Assembly (NCBI GenBank): GCA_052031065.1
Contig: JBPEXY010000261.1
Location: 833 to 64,832, forward strand
Direction: 5' to 3'
Origin: Immundisolibacteraceae bacterium
Lineage (GTDB): Bacteria; Pseudomonadota; Gammaproteobacteria; Immundisolibacterales; Immundisolibacteraceae
DNA: 64,000 nucleotides
Shown here: positions 38,562 to 48,002 of the stretch, in pieces
Layout of the letters: each line of letters opens with the position of its first letter
Position numbering within the stretch: position 1 is the first letter of the stretch
Made by a program: the position numbers and the translations under genes
Notes under the pieces: generated by a model
Database searches by the model: none
Told to the model about the DNA's origin: nothing
What the model saw: only the letters and a program-made list of their open reading frames with translations

Positions 38562-39617
38562 TTATTTTTCGCCAGTCAATATCCAGGCATCATCCGGATC
38601 AGGAAACATGATCGACAACCAGTCGTCGGCCAGCGGGCAAACCACCTCGGTGGTAATACCGGGCAGGTAGCGGCGTGTATCAAGGTAGTAGTAGGTCATG
38701 ATGCCTGGAATATCACCAGCCTGGATCACCGGCATTCCTTCTGCCGCAAGCAACGGTCGTGCCGCATCGAATTCTTCAGCGCTGCACAACGTGGGAAAGG
38801 TGTGATGCATTCCCTCGCCACGCTGGTTATAAAACTCGTCATAAACGTTTTTGTCACTGCGCGAGGTAATCAACTCAAAGCAGAGACTGTCAAAACGACC
38901 AACATGATTGTCGTAGGCGTGGTAACAGGGCTCACCGTAGAAGGTGGTGTTCTCCATGGAGACCCCCGACTCGATGTTGAACTCGATCCACCGACCTTCA
39001 CCAAAGAGTCGCTGTAGCGCGGCTTTGACCTTGTCGCGATCAGCACAGACCACGCCGATATGGAGCATGGCACCGGTCGGCATGAACTTTGGGCCCAACG
39101 ATTCGAGGTCAAACTCCACCACCTCATCCGCCTGCCGTCCACTGAAATCAGCGCTATGTGGACTGACCACCTTGACAACAATATTGGCGATCAGGTCACG
39201 GGTGTCGAGCCAGTAGACATCGGCCTGACCGGCGACACTCAGCGACTGTAATACCGAGACGCCCTCTTCCTTCAGCAACCCCGCCTGCAACGCAGCAAAT
39301 TCATCGCCGCTGCAGTTGCTCGCATAGACACCGAACATACCCTCGCCTTTTTCATCCAGGAACTGCTGGTAGGCACTGCTACCGGAAACCGGTTGAATCA
39401 GTTCGATTCCCAGTTTGTCGGTTTTACCAACCACAGAGACCCATTTTGCTGAGCCCGGTTGACCCTGGAAGCGGTAGCCGTCGCAATCATCCGTGTCAAC
39501 ACGGCGGACATCCCATTTGCTGACGCCAAAAAAACGCGCAAAGTTGGGCAGCACCGCTTCATAATCGCGCACTACAATGGTCGTGGTACGCCACTGGTCA
39601 ACCGGTATCGTTGCCAT
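38562..39617 (-). CDS. Tandem two-module VOC (glyoxalase/extradiol dioxygenase-like) family protein
   Basis: There are two internal modules. Each has the motifs ELIxP/ELITS...GEGM(F/H)...Y(W/Y)LDTR...(K/E)VV. I chose the ATG at 39617 (MATIPV; GGGGGAAGGAG RBS); the ORF-track start is 39650. Confidence 0.65.
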   Translation of the reverse strand: MATIPVDQWRTTTIVVRDYEAVLPNFARFFGVSKWDVRRVDTDDCDGYRFQGQPGSAKWVSVVGKTDKLGIELIQPVSGSSAYQQFLDEKGEGMFGVYASNCSGDEFAALQAGLLKEEGVSVLQSLSVAGQADVYWLDTRDLIANIVVKVVSPHSADFSGRQADEVVEFDLESLGPKFMPTGAMLHIGVVCADRDKVKAALQRLFGEGRWIEFNIESGVSMENTTFYGEPCYHAYDNHVGRFDSLCFELITSRSDKNVYDEFYNQRGEGMHHTFPTLCSAEEFDAARPLLAAEGMPVIQAGDIPGIMTYYYLDTRRYLPGITTEVVCPLADDWLSIMFPDPDDAWILTGEK

Positions 39618-39681
39618 GCTCCTTCCCCCTGAATCAACTGGCCCCGGCATGCTTCACCGGGTAACGGCTGGTGCCGATGAA

Positions 39682-40641
39682 TTACTCGAAGGTGTAATCT
39701 TCGCCCATATCGGCGATCTGTGCGTAGGTTGGTGGTGTCACCACCTCCAGAAACATACCGCCGAGCTGCTCGCGGGTATCGAGGTAATGAAGCTCGATCA
39801 TGCCGCCAATATTGCAGTAATTACCCACCTTCACTCCGTTATTGGTGTACTGCTTCACCAGCTCCTGCGGGTTCTGGTGGCTAAGGTCACCAACGTGCTG
39901 CATGCCGTCGCCATGCTGGTCGACAAAATCCTGGAACACGGTCTTGCCACTCACCGGCTCACACAGTTCCAGCAGGGTATTACCCTGGATGGCGAAAGCA
40001 CTGATCCAGCGAAACTCCGCCGGCTCACCGTAATACTCCGCCTGGGTCATCATGTCGGTACTGATATCCATCACCCGCCAGGTTTTTAGCCCCATCATCG
40101 AGGCGTAACCCCGCGCTGAGCTTTTCCAGTCTTTCACCGCCATGGCGACATGATTGATCGGCCCCAACCTGATGCCCAAATCGTCCATTTCCATCCTCTC
40201 CGTGTTTTGCGGCCGCGCCTCGGCGACACTCGATTTCTGATCCCGTTCGGCGAGAATCTCCGCCATGACCCGCATTGCCATCGGCAGCGACGGGACACCG
40301 ACATAAATACCGGCCTGAAACAGTGCCTCCATCACCTGTTCCGGTGACAGGCCACCATAGAGCGCACCGCGAATATGGTCTTTCAGAGGCCCTTCGCGAC
40401 TCAGCGCCATATCGGTCCCCATCAGCACCAGGGAACGTTCCCTGATACTCAGTTCCGTACGCGCATAGAGGGCACCCCAGGTCTTGGAGAACATCCAACC
40501 GATATAGTCACCAAACAGCGGGTGGTCGAGCAGTTTCTCAACCTGCCGGGCATCGCTATCACCGAGCACCTTGCGCATCAGCGCCAGCCCCTGCTGATAG
40601 TCCTTGCTATCGCGGGAAAACGGAAATCCTTCTTCTGCCAT
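39682..40641 (-). CDS. Carboxymuconolactone decarboxylase (CMD/AhpD-like) domain fused to a VOC domain
   Basis: The N-terminal half is CMD-like (ELSIRERSLVLMGTDMAL...GGLSPEQVMEALFQAGIYVGVP). The C-terminal half is VOC-like (INHVAMAV...LLELCEPVSG...GDGMQHVG...HYLDTR...EVV). I chose the ATG at 40641, which has a GGGGAG RBS. Confidence 0.65.
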   Translation of the reverse strand: MAEEGFPFSRDSKDYQQGLALMRKVLGDSDARQVEKLLDHPLFGDYIGWMFSKTWGALYARTELSIRERSLVLMGTDMALSREGPLKDHIRGALYGGLSPEQVMEALFQAGIYVGVPSLPMAMRVMAEILAERDQKSSVAEARPQNTERMEMDDLGIRLGPINHVAMAVKDWKSSARGYASMMGLKTWRVMDISTDMMTQAEYYGEPAEFRWISAFAIQGNTLLELCEPVSGKTVFQDFVDQHGDGMQHVGDLSHQNPQELVKQYTNNGVKVGNYCNIGGMIELHYLDTREQLGGMFLEVVTPPTYAQIADMGEDYTFE

Positions 40642-40779
40642 CGCAGCTCCCCCAATTGGCCTGATGCGGCCCAAACTTTTTAACCAGCCCGGTTCTGTCT
40701 ATTCAGTGCAATAAAAAAAGCCCCGTTCAACTACAGCCTGTGCCGCAGCCAAACAGGGCTGACCATACTACCGGATTTT

Positions 40780-41271
40780 TCAGATCAAAAAAGTAAGGTC
40801 ATGAATCTCGCTGTCGCAATTGAGTAGCGCCACTTTTTTAAAGGCGATTTTCCACTGCCCCTTCTCTCTGCGCAGCCGGTGCTCACAAAACGCCGGGAAC
40901 ACCTGCAACGGATAAAACCGCTGCTGGGTATTGTTACGATACTCATAGATCAGCGCATTGGAGCGCAGGGTTACTTCATCGGCACTGCCATTGGCCTCCA
41001 CTTCCACATTACTGATCTGATGCAACGTGCTCGAGGGCGGCTGCTGGGCGAAACAGTAGTCACTTTCCAGCCGACCCAGCCGCTCGTTCAACAGTTCCAT
41101 ATCATCGTAGATATAAGAGACATGCAGCTCCGGATCTGCATTCGGATCGTTGGCTGGCACCCAATAGATCGCATCCTCGGTGAACAGTTTCTGCCACTCT
41201 CGATTCTCACCGCTGTTGAGTAGCCGCGCCTCACGATATAAAAAATCCTCTGCTTCACTGCGGTTCATCAC
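40780..41271 (-). CDS. Ring-hydroxylating oxygenase beta subunit
   Basis: 163 aa. It has the motif FLYREARLLNSGENREW and starts 15 nt downstream of an alpha gene. Confidence 0.85.
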   Translation of the reverse strand: MMNRSEAEDFLYREARLLNSGENREWQKLFTEDAIYWVPANDPNADPELHVSYIYDDMELLNERLGRLESDYCFAQQPPSSTLHQISNVEVEANGSADEVTLRSNALIYEYRNNTQQRFYPLQVFPAFCEHRLRREKGQWKIAFKKVALLNCDSEIHDLTFLI

Positions 41272-41286
41272 TGCTCCTCCCTGAAC

Positions 41287-42546
41287 CTATTCCACACCCG
41301 CCATCAGACGGCGATACTCATAGTAGGGTGCGCGCTGCTGCGTCTCCTGGGTCAGGTCGCCAACACGATTGCCCTTGTCATCCACCCACTCGGTTTCAAC
41401 ACCACGATTCAGATAGACCCATGGCACCTCACCGGCCTTGTAGCCCTCCTGCATACGGCCAAAAATGGAGTAATCGTCAGGCCCGCCAAACGAAGCCTGG
41501 CCATAGAAAAACTCATGGTCACGGATACGGCGCAGATTGATTTCTTTCGGCGCCCCATCAAGCAGTGTGTGGTAAAGCCGCACCTCGGTTTCGCTCGGAC
41601 CAAGCGGGCGAATAACACGAAACTGGTATTCAAGAATGGCGAAATTGGGGAAGATCACCATATTGAAGCGCGACCGCAGTGCGTCCATCGCCGCCTTTTC
41701 ACCGTGAGCATCGCAAAGCATTTCCACATACGCTTTGGGCCAGCGGGCCAGGGTCTCTTCGTCGGTGAGTTTGTAGATCTCCAGCACGTTGTTACCGTGG
41801 CCGGTGTCATAGCCATATAGACCCGAATTCTGGAACCCCTTCAGATGACCACCCATTTTCCGTGCCATCACATCAAGCGCAGTCACATGGGTAAAGATGG
41901 CGTGATAGCCCTCGACACTACCTTCGGTCTGAATCTTCCAGTTGCCCTCATAGGGGTGCTTGTAAACACCTGATTTTCCGACAATTACCTCCCCAGTTGG
42001 TGACAAGTTCATGTAGAGGTCGATAACCTCCTTGATGTTGCCGAGCTTTTCATCAAGGGTGATATCGGGTGTCTCATAGAGACTGGCAAAAATAATTCCC
42101 CGATAACTGTCCACCTTGGCCGCGTGGACCAGTCCCAACTCTTTCTGGTTGATCTCACCCTCGTTGTAGCCACGCGGGAGGCCAACATTAATCAGCTCCC
42201 CATCGGAGCCATATTCCCAGCCGTGGTAGGGGCAGACAAATTTCTCCTTGTTACCCTTTTCTGAATTACAGACCGTCGCGCCACGGTGCATACAGCGGTT
42301 GATCATCACATGAATCTTGCTGTGCTGATCACGGGTGACGATGACCGGAATCTCGCCGATGAATGTCGTTTTGTAATCTCCCGGGTTGGGCACCTCGCTG
42401 TCGTGGGCAACGTAGACCCAGGAGCGATAAAAAATCCGTTCCAGCTCGTCCCGATAGACCTCCGGGTCGGTGTAAAGACTCACATGCGTGTGTCCGGTGC
42501 GGGCAAGATCCGCGTAGTTACGCGGTGTTTTTCCGGGTGCATTCAT
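41287..42546 (-). CDS. Rieske oxygenase alpha subunit (salicylate-5-hydroxylase/terephthalate-dioxygenase-like size class)
   Basis: 419 aa. It carries CMHRG...CPYHGW and the Fe motif EGYHAIFTH. The subfamily guess rests on size and N-terminal similarity only. Confidence 0.88.
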   Translation of the reverse strand: MNAPGKTPRNYADLARTGHTHVSLYTDPEVYRDELERIFYRSWVYVAHDSEVPNPGDYKTTFIGEIPVIVTRDQHSKIHVMINRCMHRGATVCNSEKGNKEKFVCPYHGWEYGSDGELINVGLPRGYNEGEINQKELGLVHAAKVDSYRGIIFASLYETPDITLDEKLGNIKEVIDLYMNLSPTGEVIVGKSGVYKHPYEGNWKIQTEGSVEGYHAIFTHVTALDVMARKMGGHLKGFQNSGLYGYDTGHGNNVLEIYKLTDEETLARWPKAYVEMLCDAHGEKAAMDALRSRFNMVIFPNFAILEYQFRVIRPLGPSETEVRLYHTLLDGAPKEINLRRIRDHEFFYGQASFGGPDDYSIFGRMQEGYKAGEVPWVYLNRGVETEWVDDKGNRVGDLTQETQQRAPYYEYRRLMAGVE

Positions 42547-42746
42547 AACTCATCCTCTCCTGGTGCTTCCTGTTTCCAGCGCCGCAAGCGCGCCACCACG
42601 TCAATGACGACCTCGGCGACATTCTACGCGCGAAACCATCTTCGGCCGGTCTATCCGGCCCAATTCTGACTTTCATCAACTGAACAAATGTTAAGGCGCA
42701 TTATCTTTGCGCGTCCAGAAGCAGAGGCAACAGACATACAGGAGAC

Positions 42747-43256
42747 ATGATGATGGCAGTTGATCTGCAACTAACCGCTGAGGTTACCGACTTTCTACTT
42801 GATGAGGCCGACGCACTGGACCGGCGCGACTGGGACCACTGGCTTGAACTTTATGAAGAGGCATGTCTGTTCTGGATACCCGCATGGGATGACGACGATA
42901 TCCTCTGCGAGGACCCTGATAACGAGGTATCACTGATCTACCTTGATGACAAAAACCGCCTGCGTGACCGGGTCTGGCGAATCAACTCCGGGCTCTCCTC
43001 ATCACTGACAAGAATGCCGCGTATGGCGCACCTGGTTAGCAACGTGCGTGTCAGGGAAGCCTCGGCCGAAAAAGTACTGGTTGACGCGAAATTTCAGGCC
43101 AATGCCTACAAACTTGATGAACACCGGGTCGATTTCTTTTTTGGTGACTACCACTACGAGCTGATCCCCAGGGGCGACAGTTTTGTGATCAAAACCAAAA
43201 AAGTGGTGATCCGCAACGACATCATTCCCCGGCAGCTGGACTTTTTCAGCGTTTAA
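42747..43256 (+). CDS. Benzoate/anthranilate 1,2-dioxygenase-type beta subunit (BenB-like), encoded upstream of its alpha
   Basis: 169 aa. The motifs FLLDEADALDRRDWDHWLELY...FWIPAWDD...EVSLIY...RVWRI closely resemble BenB. Three consecutive ATGs (42747-42755) make the start ambiguous. Confidence 0.85.
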   Translation: MMMAVDLQLTAEVTDFLLDEADALDRRDWDHWLELYEEACLFWIPAWDDDDILCEDPDNEVSLIYLDDKNRLRDRVWRINSGLSSSLTRMPRMAHLVSNVRVREASAEKVLVDAKFQANAYKLDEHRVDFFFGDYHYELIPRGDSFVIKTKKVVIRNDIIPRQLDFFSV

Positions 43257-43285
43257 ACCCAGAAAATCATCAGGAGCACACCGAC

Positions 43286-44605
43286 ATGAAACCAGAAGAG
43301 ATCAAATGGCGGGTGGTCGACAAACCGGGAGAGACCTTCAAGGTTCACCGGTCGATCTACACCGATCCCGATATCTATCAGGCTGAGCTGGAGAACATCT
43401 TCGAAGGCAACTGGATCTATATCGCCCACGACAGCCAACTACCCAATCCCAACGACTATTTCACCACCATGGTCGGTCGTCAGCCGGTGGTCATCAGCCG
43501 TGATGAGCAGGGCAAACTACACGGCTTTATCAATGCCTGCACCCATCGCGGCGCCAAAATCTGCCGCAAAAAGAAAGGCAACGCCAAACACTGGGCCTGC
43601 CCTTACCACGGCTGGGTGTTCAATCCAAAAGGCGAGATTCTCGACATCAAGAGCCTCGACAGCGCCGCCTATCCCGACAATTTTAAAATGTCCAACTACA
43701 ACCTCACGCCGATCAAGGTGGACAGTTATGCCGGCTTTATCTTCGCCAGTATCAACACCGAGGTGCAGGAGCTGCCCGACCACCTGGCCGGCGCCAAGGT
43801 GTTCATGGACATGTTCAACGAGCAGTCTGAACAGGGGCTTGAAATCCTCCCCGGAACCTCGGTCTATACTCATCATGGTAACTGGAAAATGCAGGCCGAA
43901 AATGGCGTCGATGGCTATCATCTCGATGTTGTGCATGCCAGTTACCTGACCCTCGCGGCGCAACGAGCCAAAGCAGCTGCACAAGCAGCGAGTGGCGACA
44001 ATGTCAAAGCGATCCAGCCACAGAACCCGGACACCTCCGGTGGCAACTACTGTCTGGGAAATGGCCATGTGATGATCTGGATCGATATTCCCAATTTTCG
44101 CGACCGAGGACTCGGGCTACAGTACGACGCGCTGGTGGAGCGAGTCGGCGAGATGCGTGCCAAATGGATGGCGGCACGTCTGCGCCAGGTAATGATTTAC
44201 CCCAACGTTATTCTGTTTGATGGTATCTCCACACAGATGCGCCACTGGCGCCCACTCAGTCAGAATGAGACCGAAGTAACCGTTAACTGTATCGCCCCGG
44301 TGGGTGAACCGGCTGACGCGCGCCGGCGGCGGCTGCGCCAGTATGAGGATTTCTACGGCGCCAGCGGCCTCGCTACCCCCGACGACCTGACCGAATTTGA
44401 TGCCTGCCAGGATGGCTACTACGGCATCAAATCGGCATGGCAGGATTTTGACCGGGGCATGAAGACACACCAGATGGGTGCCGACGACGATGCTCGCTCC
44501 ATCGGCCTGGAGCCAGAAAGCAGTGCGCAACGGGCGGCTGACGAATCGCTATACCACGGCGAATATCGCCAGTGGGTCAGAATGCTCTGCAACGAAACCG
44601 GCTGA
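43286..44605 (+). CDS. Benzoate/anthranilate 1,2-dioxygenase-type Rieske alpha subunit (BenA/XylX/AntA-like)
   Basis: 439 aa. The N-terminus FKVHRSIYTDPDIYQAELENIFEGNWIYIAHDSQLPN resembles BenA. It carries CTHRG...CPYHGW and DGYHLDVVH. Confidence 0.9.
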   Translation: MKPEEIKWRVVDKPGETFKVHRSIYTDPDIYQAELENIFEGNWIYIAHDSQLPNPNDYFTTMVGRQPVVISRDEQGKLHGFINACTHRGAKICRKKKGNAKHWACPYHGWVFNPKGEILDIKSLDSAAYPDNFKMSNYNLTPIKVDSYAGFIFASINTEVQELPDHLAGAKVFMDMFNEQSEQGLEILPGTSVYTHHGNWKMQAENGVDGYHLDVVHASYLTLAAQRAKAAAQAASGDNVKAIQPQNPDTSGGNYCLGNGHVMIWIDIPNFRDRGLGLQYDALVERVGEMRAKWMAARLRQVMIYPNVILFDGISTQMRHWRPLSQNETEVTVNCIAPVGEPADARRRRLRQYEDFYGASGLATPDDLTEFDACQDGYYGIKSAWQDFDRGMKTHQMGADDDARSIGLEPESSAQRAADESLYHGEYRQWVRMLCNETG

Positions 44606-44677
44606 CCACTGATTCCATAGCCCTACCGGGAATTCCTGACCAGAGCAGGGCCAAATCAGAATCAGGATCGAACCAGT

Positions 44678-44711
44678 CCCGGCCAGCTACACAGCTGGCC
44701 GGGCTTGTTTT
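44678..44711 (+). terminator. Rho-independent terminator
   Basis: The 11-bp stem is CCCGGCCAGCT/AGCTGGCCGGG with loop ACAC, followed by CTTGTTTT. It lies 73 nt after the alpha stop. Confidence 0.8.
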
Positions 44712-44824
44712 GGCCATTCAGGCAGTCGCGTCGCAGTATGCAACTGGATTAGAATGACCGTCCGGTCAGCCGCACCAAGCACCCCAATTAAGACCGCCGA
44801 CTTACCCTTGCCAAGGAGTTAACC

Positions 44825-46159
44825 ATGCGCCCAGAAGATCTGACCTGGCGTATCCAGGACAAAGCTGGTGAAACCTTTCGTGTCCACCGATCCATCTACA
44901 CCGACGAAGAGATTTTCGAGCTGGAGATGAGCCACATCTATGAAGGTGGCTGGATCTACATCGATCACGAAAGCCATTTACCTGAGGTGAACGATTACAT
45001 CACCACCTTTATTGGCCGCCAGCCGGTCATCATTGTTCGCGGTGAAAATGACGAATACCGCGGTTATATCAACGCCTGCAGCCATCGTGGTGCCAAGGTC
45101 TGCCGCCAGGCTGAAGGTAACGCAAAGGTTTTCTCCTGCCCCTACCACGGCTGGGTATTCAACAATCGCGGCGAACTGCTGGATATCAAGGACAAAGATC
45201 GTGGCGGCTTCCCGGAAGGGTATCTGCAACGCGATTACAACCTGACGCCGGTGCCCCACGTCGCGGCCCACCACGGCTTTATATTCGCCAGCCTCAACCC
45301 GGATAGCCCACCATTACTGGAGCATCTGGGAGAAACCGCCCGCTTTATTGAAATGTTTGCCAACCAGTCGCCGGACGGCCTGGAGGTTCTGCGCGGACGC
45401 TCGGTCTATACCCACCGCGGCAACTGGAAAATGCAGGCGGAAAACGGGGTTGACGGTTATCACGTCGATATCGTCCACGCCTCTTATTTTCGCCTGGCCG
45501 CAGAACGCGCCAAACAAGCTGCGGCTGCAAACAGCAAAGACAATGTCAAAGCAATCGAAGTCAACCTGACTGACACCAATAACGGTAATTTCGACCTCGG
45601 CAATGGCCACGTGATGATCTGGACTGACGTGCCCAACTATCGCGACCGCGCCCTCGGTATGCAGTACGACGCGCTGGAGGAACGAGTCGGCGAAACGGAA
45701 GCGAAATGGATGGCCCAGCGGCTGCGTCAGGTGTTGGTCTATCCCAATCTGATCCTGTTTGACGGTATCTCCACCCAGCTGCGCAGCTGGCGACCGGTGT
45801 CAGTGGATAAAACTGAGGTTAACGCCGTCTGTGTCGCACCAAAAGGAGAACCGGACGCAGCTCGGGAGCGTCGCATCCGTCAGTACGAAGACTTCTACGG
45901 TGCCAGTGGCATTGCCACCCCGGATGATCTGACCGAGTTTGACGCCTGCCAGGATGGCTATAACGGCCGGCTCGCCGAGTGGCACGACTTTGATCGCGGC
46001 CTCGGACGTCTACACCTGGGTGCAGACAAATTTGCCGATGAGGTGGGCATAAAACCGGTCAGCAGTGCCAGCGATTTTGCTGACGAGGCGCTCTACCACG
46101 GTGAATACCGCCATTGGTTGAAGGTGTTAACCGACGGTCTGTGTAAGGAGAAGGCGTAA
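44825..46159 (+). CDS. Benzoate/anthranilate 1,2-dioxygenase-type Rieske alpha subunit (paralog of 43286-44605)
   Basis: 444 aa. The N-terminus reads FRVHRSIYTDEEIFELEMSHIYEGGWIYIDHESHLPE. It carries CSHRG...CPYHGW and DGYHVDIVH. An AAGGAG RBS precedes it. Confidence 0.9.
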   Translation: MRPEDLTWRIQDKAGETFRVHRSIYTDEEIFELEMSHIYEGGWIYIDHESHLPEVNDYITTFIGRQPVIIVRGENDEYRGYINACSHRGAKVCRQAEGNAKVFSCPYHGWVFNNRGELLDIKDKDRGGFPEGYLQRDYNLTPVPHVAAHHGFIFASLNPDSPPLLEHLGETARFIEMFANQSPDGLEVLRGRSVYTHRGNWKMQAENGVDGYHVDIVHASYFRLAAERAKQAAAANSKDNVKAIEVNLTDTNNGNFDLGNGHVMIWTDVPNYRDRALGMQYDALEERVGETEAKWMAQRLRQVLVYPNLILFDGISTQLRSWRPVSVDKTEVNAVCVAPKGEPDAARERRIRQYEDFYGASGIATPDDLTEFDACQDGYNGRLAEWHDFDRGLGRLHLGADKFADEVGIKPVSSASDFADEALYHGEYRHWLKVLTDGLCKEKA

Positions 46160-46665
46160 TGTCCATGGACGGAATCCTGCTGCGCGATGCGGCTACCGAA
46201 TTACTGCTGGAAGAGGCCGATGCAATCGACCAGCAGCGCTGGGATGACTGGCTCGCGCTTTATGAAGAAGATGCGGAATATTACGCCCCGGCATGGGAAG
46301 GTGACCACGACCTTACCAGCAACCCACGGCAGGAGATTTCGTTGATCTACTGTGGCAACCGCGACCGGCTTGCGGACCGGGTCTGGAGAATACGTTCCAA
46401 CCTGTCATCATCTTTGGCCCGTATGCCGCGCACCTGTCATCTGGTCACCAACATTCGTGTAGATACAGTGCAAGACGATGTGGTTAAGGTCACGGCAAAT
46501 TTTCGTACCGAAACCTTCAAACATGAAGAGAAGGATTCCACCGCCTTTTTCGGCCGCTACCTTTACGATCTGAAACAGCGCGCGGAGGCACTGACCATTC
46601 AAAACAAGAAAATCATCGTCTACAACGACATCATCCCGCGGCAGATGGATATTTTTAATATCTGA
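46159..46665 (+). CDS. BenB-like beta subunit (paralog of 42747-43256)
   Basis: 168 aa. It has a TAATG overlap with the alpha gene and the motifs LLLEEADAIDQQRWDDWLALY...EISLIY...RVWRI. Confidence 0.87.
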   Translation: MSMDGILLRDAATELLLEEADAIDQQRWDDWLALYEEDAEYYAPAWEGDHDLTSNPRQEISLIYCGNRDRLADRVWRIRSNLSSSLARMPRTCHLVTNIRVDTVQDDVVKVTANFRTETFKHEEKDSTAFFGRYLYDLKQRAEALTIQNKKIIVYNDIIPRQMDIFNI

Positions 46666-46682
46666 TGGTGATTATCATCAAC

Positions 46683-46711
46683 AAAAAAAGGGGCCAATTG
46701 GCCCCTTTTTT
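46683..46711. terminator. Bidirectional rho-independent terminator
   Basis: AAAAAAA-GGGGCCAATTGGCCCC-TTTTTT is a perfect palindromic stem flanked by an A-run and a T-run. It lies between convergent genes. Confidence 0.88.
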
Positions 46712-46728
46712 GTGCTGGATAGCCAGCA

Positions 46729-47811
46729 TCAGCTCAGGTTAAAGAACCGCCGCGCGTTGTCACCAAGAAACGCAGATTTCTGCTCATCATTCATAAATGG
46801 CAGCGCCTTGGTCTCGTCGATCTGTTTGCGCACCGCACGAAAATCGACTTCGTGAGGATAATCGGTTGAGAAGGCAAACGCGTCGATGCCAACTCTTTGG
46901 ATCAGGTGCTCCAGGGTCGGCTCCTCACCCTCACAGCCGATCAGAATCTGGCCTCCGGTCAGATAATCCTCAAAAGTTTTGCTGAAGCCGAGCATATCGG
47001 CCTCCAGTTCCGCGTTACGGGCCATGCGGTCCAGGAAGATCGTACACCATGCCGACCCACCCTCGGTGTAAGCCACTTTCAGGTCTGGAAATTTTTCGAA
47101 CACTCCCGAATGAATCATACTCGCACAGGCGATCATCAGCCCCATCGGGTGATGGATCACATGAGAAGCGGCCAGCGAATCAAAACCATCCAGCCCCATG
47201 CCGCCGTTGGGCCCGCCATGCACACCGAGCACGCACCCCAGCTTGGCAGCCTGTTCATACACCGGCCAGTAATACTCATGGCCTAATGGCAGCGGCAGAC
47301 CACTGGAAGGTAACATTGCGCCGGGCAACTTCAGGTCATTGACGACACGACGCAGCTCTTTCGCCGCATCCTTTGGGCTCTGCATGGGCAGCAGCGCCAT
47401 CGGCAGCAATTTGTCGCTAACTCCCCGGTAACGATCACCCACGTAGTCGTTGTAGGCTTCGCACACCTTGATCGCATAACCGACAGTTCGCAGTGCGCCC
47501 ACTGTCAGCCCCTCACTGGTGTACATGACAGAATACTCAACCTCAGCCTGGTCAAGAAATTCCAGCCAATCTTCCGCGCTACCCTTACGCCTGTCTGACG
47601 CACCATGGTGGTCGCCCATGATGCCGTGCTCCTCATTGAAAGTCTCTGGATTCGGCCAGTGAACCCCATCCAGGGTTGGAAACGGTGTGCGAAAAAAATT
47701 CTGCGGCTTAACACAGAGCTCCTTGACCGATGGATGGGCATATTCCGCCATCTCTGCCAGTGATTCCATGATGTGGCCATCTGCGTCGACGGCTTTGGCT
47801 ATCTCTCCCAT
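46729..47811 (-). CDS. Amidohydrolase_2 (ACMSD/LigW-type) family protein, likely non-oxidative aromatic-acid decarboxylase or hydratase
   Basis: 360 aa. It has the N-terminal metal motif VDADGHIME and later His/Asp ligand regions (GVHGG, HHPMG, STDYPH) typical of the family. Confidence 0.75.
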   Translation of the reverse strand: MGEIAKAVDADGHIMESLAEMAEYAHPSVKELCVKPQNFFRTPFPTLDGVHWPNPETFNEEHGIMGDHHGASDRRKGSAEDWLEFLDQAEVEYSVMYTSEGLTVGALRTVGYAIKVCEAYNDYVGDRYRGVSDKLLPMALLPMQSPKDAAKELRRVVNDLKLPGAMLPSSGLPLPLGHEYYWPVYEQAAKLGCVLGVHGGPNGGMGLDGFDSLAASHVIHHPMGLMIACASMIHSGVFEKFPDLKVAYTEGGSAWCTIFLDRMARNAELEADMLGFSKTFEDYLTGGQILIGCEGEEPTLEHLIQRVGIDAFAFSTDYPHEVDFRAVRKQIDETKALPFMNDEQKSAFLGDNARRFFNLS

Positions 47812-48002
47812 CCTCCAACTCCTCTTTAATGTTTAACAAGCCAAAAATAGTTCCTTTCCCCCACCTCGGAATCCGGGTGCACCAACTGCCACCTCGTATC
47901 TTAAGCGAGTGTAAAGAACCTGATACTCTAACAGTCTGGCCGGCAATAACCACAGACTCACCAGCAGACCGAGCCGGTACAGAGACATTACGGCCTAACG
48001 CT

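Noticed and set aside
42696-42712. The inverted repeat GCGCA-N7-TGCGC about 40 bp upstream of the BenB-like gene as an operator.
   Set aside because: Arms of only 5 bp in GC-rich DNA are expected by chance in a 200-bp region. No cognate regulator gene is nearby.
47829-48002. N-terminal extensions proposed by the ORF track. Examples are 47829 for the membrane protein, 26120 for ppk1, 31854 for a beta subunit, 54912 for the FAD subunit and 63351 for the M20 peptidase.
   Set aside because: The extensions lack an RBS, overlap neighbouring genes or leave no promoter space. They also precede internal starts that have strong Shine-Dalgarno motifs and family-typical N-termini.
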